The position numbers were made by a program, and so were the translations under genes. From a virus, in the UHGV virus genome UHGV-0075529: a stretch of DNA of 16,505 bases, one strand, 5' to 3'. Below, piece after piece: positions 6,986-12,250 of the stretch. The first letter of the stretch is position 1. The number at the start of each line of letters is the position of its first letter. Under the pieces are notes generated by a model. It did no database searches and had not been told where the DNA came from. It worked only from the letters and a program-made list of their open reading frames with translations.

Positions 6986-7957
6986 TCAGTAATGAATTTT
7001 CGCGCAGGGGATTAGGTCGTCTTTAAGTGCGGTGAGCACTTCGATAGCCTGTTCGCGGGTTAAGCTGGTGTGGCTGGTGAGCGCGTTAACGATGTTGGTG
7101 CCGACCGTCTTGCGGTGCTTCACGTCAGCTTCGCGCTTTGCCTGTTCATCGGCGAGGCGCTTCTCTTCGGCCAGGCGAGCATCTTCGGCCTGTTTTGCCT
7201 TGTGGCGCTCAGCTTCCACTGCCGCAGCTTTTTCTCTTTCCGCCCGGGCTTCTGCTTCCTTCTTCTCGCGTGTCGCACGCTGTTCCGCTTCAATGCGCTG
7301 GCGTTCCGCCAGCTCTGCACGCGCTTTCTCTTCAGCTTCACGGCGCGCTGCGGCTTCAATTTCTGCTTTGTGCTTCGCTTCGGCATCGCGTCGGGCTTGC
7401 TCTGCCGCTTCACTCTTAATGCGCTCTTCATGCTCACGTTGAGCCTGTTCCGCCAGGCGGCGCTGCTCTTCGCGGTCCCGGTCAAAATCCTTATTCATCA
7501 GCAGAGCCATTTCGTGGTCCGCTTCGAACTGAATAGCCCGCTGCAAATCGATGCTCTCGTTCATCACCAGTGCTTCGGCGTGCATCGCGTTCATGGCTTC
7601 TTCAGCCTTAATACGTTCCTGCTCGGCTTCCCATTCGGTAAGTGGGCGCCGTACTTCATCCTTCAGCGCGTCCAGCCTCTCACGCACAATGCGGCGGCTT
7701 TCGTCGATCTGCTTCGGCAGGGCTTTAAGCTCGGCAACCAGATCCTTGCCGGCGTTGTCGATATAGGTTTTGGAGCGGGCAACCTTATGCGCCATGGATG
7801 CGATCGCGTCGCGGCCTTTGCGGGTCGACACATCCGGTACCAGGCTGCGAGCTTCTTTCTCGATCGCCTCAATAATAGGGTCGAGCTGCTCTTTGGTGGT
7901 GAATACCGCCATTGCGTTCTGTTTCTCAATGACGACTAAATCCGTTACTTCGCTCAT
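6986..7957 (-). CDS. Low-complexity coiled-coil protein, 323 aa (Ala/Glu/Arg/Lys-rich centre)
   Basis: Uninterrupted ORF with strong SD (AGGAGA); central ~150 aa is a charged repeat (EAEQRATREKKEAEARAEREKAAAVEAERHKAKQ...) between non-repetitive termini. Confidence 0.7.
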   Translation of the reverse strand: MSEVTDLVVIEKQNAMAVFTTKEQLDPIIEAIEKEARSLVPDVSTRKGRDAIASMAHKVARSKTYIDNAGKDLVAELKALPKQIDESRRIVRERLDALKDEVRRPLTEWEAEQERIKAEEAMNAMHAEALVMNESIDLQRAIQFEADHEMALLMNKDFDRDREEQRRLAEQAQREHEERIKSEAAEQARRDAEAKHKAEIEAAARREAEEKARAELAERQRIEAEQRATREKKEAEARAEREKAAAVEAERHKAKQAEDARLAEEKRLADEQAKREADVKHRKTVGTNIVNALTSHTSLTREQAIEVLTALKDDLIPCAKIHY

Positions 7958-8025
7958 GGTTTCTCCTGAAATTTGGATGTGCAGATGCCGCCCGCATAAG
8001 CCAGGCCGATCGGTTGAATAGGGGG

Positions 8026-8166
8026 TTAGGCTGTTTTTCTATGCCACGGATAACCGATGGCGACCTTCATTTCGTCGTAGGCTGCCATCCACATGGCGCC
8101 ATCACCGATAAACAGGGCAATGGCTGCTTTACTCTGCGCTGCGCGCAGCAGGTGATGATTGATCAT
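8026..8166 (-). CDS. kil: Kil-like small peptide, 46 aa (candidate cell-division inhibitor; not in the ORF track)
   Basis: Hand translation: MINHHLLRAAQSKAAIALFIGDGAMWMAAYDEMKVAIGYPWHRKTA; ATG overlaps the stop of the upstream small ORF; the ALFIGDGAMW segment resembles lambda Kil as I recall it (unverified). Confidence 0.4.
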   Translation of the reverse strand: MINHHLLRAAQSKAAIALFIGDGAMWMAAYDEMKVAIGYPWHRKTA

Positions 8167-8321
8167 GCCTTCACCTCAACCTGTTTCATGAGGCCAGCGA
8201 TATTCATCTGTTGGCGGTTCAGCGTCAGCTTGTCGCGCGGTGCCGATACCGACGTCAACTGCCACTCGTTATCGTTGAGTTTTTTGGCGGTGTACTGCTT
8301 GCCGTTGTGGGTGACTGTCAT
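8163..8321 (-). CDS. Small hypothetical protein, 52 aa (not in the ORF track)
   Basis: Hand translation: MTVTHNGKQYTAKKLNDNEWQLTSVSAPRDKLTLNRQQMNIAGLMKQVEVKA; strong SD GGAGGAATC directly upstream; ATGA overlaps at both ends. Confidence 0.45.
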   Translation of the reverse strand: MTVTHNGKQYTAKKLNDNEWQLTSVSAPRDKLTLNRQQMNIAGLMKQVEVKA

Positions 8322-8557
8322 GATTCCTCCCGAGCGCGGAGCATTGCGTCAGCTATCTGGTACGCTTCGGTTGCCGTGCGGTCATCGCTACACAACCAGT
8401 CAGGATTGGCTAATCGACCCTGCATAGCCTTGGCCGCGAAGTAATCGCGTAGGGTCATGCCGCCAGAGCTGACTTCGAAACCATGTAAGTGACCAACTTC
8501 GTCGCGCTCCACGATAGAATCACACGGGAAAGCGCGCCCTCCAGTTTTGTTGCTCAT
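8318..8557 (-). CDS. Hypothetical phage protein, 79 aa
   Basis: ORF with SD AAGAGGG upstream of ATG 8557; first gene after the leftward terminator. Confidence 0.6.
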   Translation of the reverse strand: MSNKTGGRAFPCDSIVERDEVGHLHGFEVSSGGMTLRDYFAAKAMQGRLANPDWLCSDDRTATEAYQIADAMLRAREES

Positions 8558-8691
8558 AAACCCTCTTGGCCTTATCGCGGCGAACGGAACGGTTAATACA
8601 AGACTTCAACGCATTTATTCAGTGTTTCAATGGGCGGTGGATGGCCGCCGGTTGTCATAACTTGAGCCACTCGTAAATGACCCCAGGTATG

Positions 8692-8714
8692 AAAAAAGCC
8701 GCTGGTTAGGCGGC
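8692..8714 (-). terminator. Intrinsic terminator (minus strand), tL1-like position downstream of the pL-proximal genes
   Basis: Stem GCCGC (8698-8702) / GCGGC (8710-8714), loop TGGTTAG, followed on the minus strand by TTTTTT (plus A-run 8692-8697). Confidence 0.65.
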
Positions 8715-8873
8715 TCTGTTAATCCATTCTCGTGCGTTGCGTCGGCACATCCATGCCAGCTTTACCCAAAGGTCATGAAACCCATCACCACGCACTGATG
8801 CTCGACATTTTTTGCGGTACTGCCTGTAATCTTCACTGCACTCGGCAGCATATTTATCAGTTGTGCTTTGCAT
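8706..8873 (-). CDS. Small hypothetical Cys-containing protein, 55 aa (not in the ORF track)
   Basis: Hand translation: MQSTTDKYAAECSEDYRQYRKKCRASVRGDGFHDLWVKLAWMCRRNAREWINRAA; SD GAGGGT upstream; its stop lies in the loop of the 8692-8714 terminator. Confidence 0.4.
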   Translation of the reverse strand: MQSTTDKYAAECSEDYRQYRKKCRASVRGDGFHDLWVKLAWMCRRNAREWINRAA

Positions 8874-8930
8874 GCTCTTACCCTCTGTCGTTACCCGCTG
8901 ATGCGGGAGAAATTCTTTATCTATCAGCTG

Positions 8931-9143
8931 CTACAACTCATCACGAATCTGTGAGAGTGTGCTGATCGCCTGGTAATGACCGCGACGCTGCTCTTCTGTT
9001 TTGAACGCGCGCATATCGTCTTTTATCGATGCGATTGCCTTATTCAGAACTTCCACTTGCGCTTCTTTAATCGCCTGTTTGCGTGGCTTCTGACGCTTCT
9101 TAGGAAGGTCTCTTAAACACGCCGGAATGTATGTCTGAGTCAT
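8931..9143 (-). CDS. Basic 70-aa protein, first gene downstream of pL (N position; antiterminator identity unproven)
   Basis: ORF with SD AAGAGGA; Lys/Arg-rich stretch LPKKRQKPRKQAIKEAQ near the N-terminus; position matches lambda N. Confidence 0.5.
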   Translation of the reverse strand: MTQTYIPACLRDLPKKRQKPRKQAIKEAQVEVLNKAIASIKDDMRAFKTEEQRRGHYQAISTLSQIRDEL

Positions 9144-9348
9144 AAAAAATCCTCTTGTGATTCAGCACAGCCCACTCAGCTTCGAATGGACTGGAATAAA
9201 TCTTTTTTTCGCTTTGCCATAATTGCCGCTCTCCCTGAGCCCGCCTATGGTCCGACGCATGGTTTACTGTCGCGCCGTTCGACTGACCGAATCTCCACTT
9301 CGCCGCTGGCTAACTTCGCTCAGCTGTCGATGTTTCGTTTCGATGGGG

Positions 9349-9430
9349 TAAATTTAGCGTGATGCTAAATTATGCGCAATAGCAAAATGCTAAATTGTTG
9401 AATGGTTTTATTTAGCGTATTGATTAATAA
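9349..9430 (-). promoter_or_regulatory. OL operator triplet with pL promoter
   Basis: 17-bp sites TTTAGC-N5-GCTAAA at 9353-9369 (perfect), 9378-9394 and 9411-9427 (imperfect); on the minus strand -35 TTGCGC (9379-9374), 17-bp spacer, -10 TAAATT (9356-9351). Confidence 0.6.
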
Positions 9431-9466
9431 GCGATTAAAAATTTACAGCGAAGGAATTCGGGACGT

Positions 9467-9490
9467 AAAAAAGCCCGCGCGATGGCGGGC
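9467..9490 (-). terminator. Intrinsic terminator downstream of cI (minus strand)
   Basis: Stem GCCCGC (9473-9478) / GCGGGC (9485-9490), loop GCGATG, followed on the minus strand by TTTTTT (plus A-run 9467-9472). Confidence 0.6.
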
Positions 9491-9510
9491 TTGAGGGGTT
9501 TTGCGTGAGG

Positions 9511-10188
9511 TTATGGGATGTTTAGTATTTTGGCATCAACCACAACGCCGATGATTTTGCAGTTTCCATTAATTTCTAGCATTGGATATGCGGGGTTAAG
9601 GGGCTTTAGGAAGCGTCTGCCGGCATCGATTACAAGCTTCTTAAAGGTCGCTTCGTTATCGCCTTCTAGCTTCGCGACAACCAGCTTTCCGTTGCGCGGC
9701 TCGACTTCAGGATCAACAAGTATCGCTGCTCCCTCGGGTATGCTCAGTCCAGCCGGGGAGGTCATAGAATCCCCTTTAACGTCCAGCCAGAATGAATCTT
9801 CTGAGCAGTCAACAGTCGTGTCATACCAGCGATCTATCGCTCTTCGGTGATAAGGTTCTACAGCTTCCATCCATTGCCCCGCGCTTACCCAGCTGATTAC
9901 AGGATAACTTCCTTTTGTCTCGTTCAGTCCTCGAAATGCAACGTTCGAAGGTTCTTCACTGGCGTGTAAAACATCCATCCAGCCAAAAGGCAGATCAAGC
10001 GCAGTTTCAATTTTGCGAGCCATCTTATCGCCGATATTGCGATGAGGGTTTGGTCCCAGTAGCTGGCTAAGCGCAGCCGGACTTGTCTCGATGAGCTCGG
10101 CAAACTGCGCTTTGGTCATTCCAGACTCGTGCTGACGCTTCTCGTACAGCGCTTCCAGGTTGGCTTTTCTGATTTCTTTATTTTCCAT
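9511..10188 (-). CDS. cI: cI-type prophage repressor (N-terminal HTH, C-terminal S24 LexA-like autopeptidase)
   Basis: Start taken at ATG 10188 (MENKEIRKANLEA...); C-terminal domain has the catalytic Ser in GDSM, a downstream Lys, and an Ala-Gly candidate cleavage site (SWVSAGQW). The ORF track runs to 10305 across the operators. Confidence 0.88.
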   Translation of the reverse strand: MENKEIRKANLEALYEKRQHESGMTKAQFAELIETSPAALSQLLGPNPHRNIGDKMARKIETALDLPFGWMDVLHASEEPSNVAFRGLNETKGSYPVISWVSAGQWMEAVEPYHRRAIDRWYDTTVDCSEDSFWLDVKGDSMTSPAGLSIPEGAAILVDPEVEPRNGKLVVAKLEGDNEATFKKLVIDAGRRFLKPLNPAYPMLEINGNCKIIGVVVDAKILNIP

Positions 10189-10304
10189 ACCTGCATTGTT
10201 ACTGCTTTTAGCAAAATGATAAATATGCAAATTGCTAAATGATGCTTGCGTAGTATTTAGCATAACGCTAAACTCCAAATCAAACGACTCACCCGGAGAC
10301 ACCA
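10189..10304. promoter_or_regulatory. OR operator triplet with divergent PRM/PR promoters
   Basis: 17-bp sites at 10207-10223 (TTTAGC-AAAAT-GATAAA), 10223-10239 (weak) and 10256-10272 (perfect TTTAGC-ATAAC-GCTAAA); PR candidate -35 TTGCGT (10246-10251), 17-bp spacer, -10 TAAACT (10269-10274). Confidence 0.7.
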
Positions 10305-10538
10305 ATGAGCACTGAACTACACCGCTGGCGCAAGGCCGCCACTACCGACGAATGGGCGCAGCTCGCAAAGTTGGCTAACACGACGCCAGGTTACCTGGAC
10401 CAGATCGCCTACGGAAATCGCCGGGCATCTCCAGAAATGGCATCTGCTATCGAGAAAGGCACGAAGAATTTTCACCGCCAGGCTCCGGTCCTAAAAGAAA
10501 GCCTGGTATTCGCATCGCCGCGTGATACTGCGGCCTAA
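10305..10538 (+). CDS. cro: Cro-like / YdaS-family HTH DNA-binding protein
   Basis: 77-aa ORF divergent from cI across the operator region; SD GGAGA 7 nt upstream; HTH-like segment EWAQLAKLANTTPGYLDQIAYGNR. Confidence 0.65.
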   Translation: MSTELHRWRKAATTDEWAQLAKLANTTPGYLDQIAYGNRRASPEMASAIEKGTKNFHRQAPVLKESLVFASPRDTAA

Positions 10539-10555
10539 CCACGAAAGGGAAAGCA

Positions 10556-11122
10556 ATGCATTCACTTGCGTATCAACAGAGTACCGGACTTGAACAACGT
10601 CCGTTGATTTCGATTTATCAAAGTGTTCCGCGTAATAACCGTAAGCTAACTCGAATACGGGAGGCAGTTAAGGCCTGGCAAAAAGCTACGCCGGGCCAGT
10701 CTCAGGTTCACATTTCTCAGCTGGTTGCGAAAGAGTGGCTGGCGCGCGGCGGGAAGGGGTTGTTACTGGCAGGTTCTGAACACAACACGAAGCAGAACTT
10801 CTTCCGGATGATTAACGATCCGGGCCCGAAGAACGACAAGGGGTTGATGCTACTGATCCCCGTCATTATCGACGTGATGGCGCGGGATAACGAGAAAGTG
10901 GCGAGAGAGTTCGGTCTGGTCGCAAAGACTGAGGCCGAACTGATAGCCGAGGCCATGAAAGAGTGCACTGAAGCGCATCAGGCGAAGTTACTTGGTCAGC
11001 CGATACAACGCCTTGAGAAAGAGGTGAGAGAAGCTGCTGAAGCACTTCTGCGCTTTCTGCCCACTGAATCAATCGCCGCGGTGGTGACAAGTCTGGCCGC
11101 TATGGCGCCGGGAGTTATGTGA
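10556..11122 (+). CDS. YdaT-like protein in the CII position
   Basis: 188 aa immediately after the cro-like gene; segment KEWLARGGKGLLLAGSEHNTKQNFFRMIN resembles Rac YdaT as recalled. Confidence 0.55.
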   Translation: MHSLAYQQSTGLEQRPLISIYQSVPRNNRKLTRIREAVKAWQKATPGQSQVHISQLVAKEWLARGGKGLLLAGSEHNTKQNFFRMINDPGPKNDKGLMLLIPVIIDVMARDNEKVAREFGLVAKTEAELIAEAMKECTEAHQAKLLGQPIQRLEKEVREAAEALLRFLPTESIAAVVTSLAAMAPGVM

Positions 11123-11211
11123 TGGGAAGTATCAAAAACGGCGAAAGCCAGTCTGCTCGAACAGAACTGGCCTTCAGATGCAAATCGTGTGCACTCATTG
11201 CAGGAGGAATA

Positions 11212-11358
11212 ATGGCAAAAAATCCACGCTATTACCATACCGCTGTACATAAAAACATAACCCGCGACCGCTTCATCCGCTCGGTTAACCCGATTGTGGC
11301 AGAGAAGATGCGCGCCATCCTGGAAGAACTGAAACGTAAGGAGAGTGGCCGTGGGTAA
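11212..11358 (+). CDS. Small hypothetical protein, 48 aa (or 78 aa from ATG 11122)
   Basis: Strong SD AGGAGG 5-6 nt upstream of ATG 11212 (MAKNPRYYHTAVHKNITRDRF...); the ORF track extends to 11119 overlapping the upstream stop. Confidence 0.45.
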   Translation: MAKNPRYYHTAVHKNITRDRFIRSVNPIVAEKMRAILEELKRKESGRG

Positions 11359-12250
11359 CGTATCCAATTTAGCCGAAGCCAGAGAGGCCAGAAGGCTCCA
11401 GAAACCGCGCACGAATGACGGTAAGGGGTTTGCCTTGCTGCACCGTAAAATTATGGATGTGCCGTTCTACAAGGACGCTGAGGCGGCTCATTTATGGGTT
11501 CACCTGCTCCTGCGCGCTAATCATGAACAGACACTGGTATCGACTGATGTCGGCGATGTGATCTGCGAGCGCGGAGAGTTCATTACCGGGCGAAACACGC
11601 TGGCAATGGAAACGGGTTTGACCGCTGATCGCGTTAAATCACTGCTCCGTAAATTCCAGAACCTGGGCATGATCACCACCAAATCGAACAACCGTTTTAC
11701 TGTTCTAAAAGTGGTCAAATATGACGAATATCAGTCAAATTTTTGTCCAGCCGATGTCCAGCCAGTGTCCAGCGCAAACGCAGCTATATCAATGCCTGCG
11801 GAGGCGGAGTGTCCAGCCGATGTCCAGCCAGTGTCCACAGATAACAATATATTAAATAACTTACTACCTAACGGTAGTAAGTATGTCGCAAATGACCAGA
11901 AACCCGCTGAAGAGAAAAAGTCCCGTTTGTCATGCGATGAAGTATGGCAATGCCTGAAAGACGAACTGCCTGAAGCCCGGGGATGGAGATGCCTCACTGA
12001 TGAGCGACGCAATCTGATCCGCACCTTCTGGGGTAAGGCTAACAAAATTGCCCGCAACCTGGACGGCAAGCCGATGGATATGGACGGTTTCAGAAGCTAT
12101 CTGCGCTACATCGCTCAGAACTGCCGCTGGATGCTTGAAGACCGACCAGACCAGAAATCCGGGAAGACCTGGCGCCGCATGAAATTCGATAAGTTCCTGA
12201 CCGAAAAGCTCTACATCGAAGTGCGCGAAGGGGATCGTGATGACCGCTGA
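11345..12250 (+). CDS. Replication initiator / replisome organiser (O-like) with the origin inside the gene
   Basis: 301 aa with N-terminal DNA-binding-like region, a central linker encoded by the iterons (CPADVQPVS twice), and a conserved phage C-terminal domain; sits directly upstream of the helicase. Confidence 0.7.
   Translation: MAVGNVSNLAEAREARRLQKPRTNDGKGFALLHRKIMDVPFYKDAEAAHLWVHLLLRANHEQTLVSTDVGDVICERGEFITGRNTLAMETGLTADRVKSLLRKFQNLGMITTKSNNRFTVLKVVKYDEYQSNFCPADVQPVSSANAAISMPAEAECPADVQPVSTDNNILNNLLPNGSKYVANDQKPAEEKKSRLSCDEVWQCLKDELPEARGWRCLTDERRNLIRTFWGKANKIARNLDGKPMDMDGFRSYLRYIAQNCRWMLEDRPDQKSGKTWRRMKFDKFLTEKLYIEVREGDRDDR
11744..11882. repeat. Candidate replication origin: six phased iterons, AT-rich tract and a 24-bp palindrome
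   Basis: TGTCCAGCC-type 9-mers at 11744, 11755, 11766, 11810, 11821 and 11832 (11-bp spacing; 28-bp perfect direct repeat 11744-11771 = 11810-11837); AT-rich ATAACAATATATTAAATAAC; palindrome ACTTACTACC-TAAC-GGTAGTAAGT (11859-11882). Confidence 0.6.

Noticed and set aside
7032-8021. Several long plus-strand ORFs (7032-7442, 7070-7939, 7138-7419, 7551-7766, 7770-8021) and minus-strand ORFs in other frames (7120-7485, 7663-7929)
   Set aside because: They overlap the 323-aa coiled-coil gene; their Cys/Ser/Arg/Leu-rich translations are what the complement and off-frames of a GC-rich Ala/Glu/Arg repeat give. They have no SD or operon logic.
8732-8965. 77-aa plus-strand ORF in the N-region
   Set aside because: Antisense to the minus-strand small genes that carry SDs and a terminator; His/Cys-rich odd translation and no ribosome-binding site.
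9144-9340. Canonical lambda-type nutL (boxA/boxB) in the pL leader
   Set aside because: No CGCTCTTA-like boxA or GCCCT-loop-AGGGC boxB found by eye; only weak 4-bp stems. Left open rather than annotated.
10189-10305. N-terminal extension of the cI ORF to 10305 (264 aa)
   Set aside because: The extra 39 codons span the OR operators and PR; the HTH domain begins at the internal ATG 10188, so the extension is just open frame across the regulatory region.
11744-11838. Short direct repeats considered as a possible CRISPR-like array
   Set aside because: Units are 9 bp with 11-bp phasing inside a coding sequence, with no 20-40 bp spacers and no cas genes; this is an iteron array.
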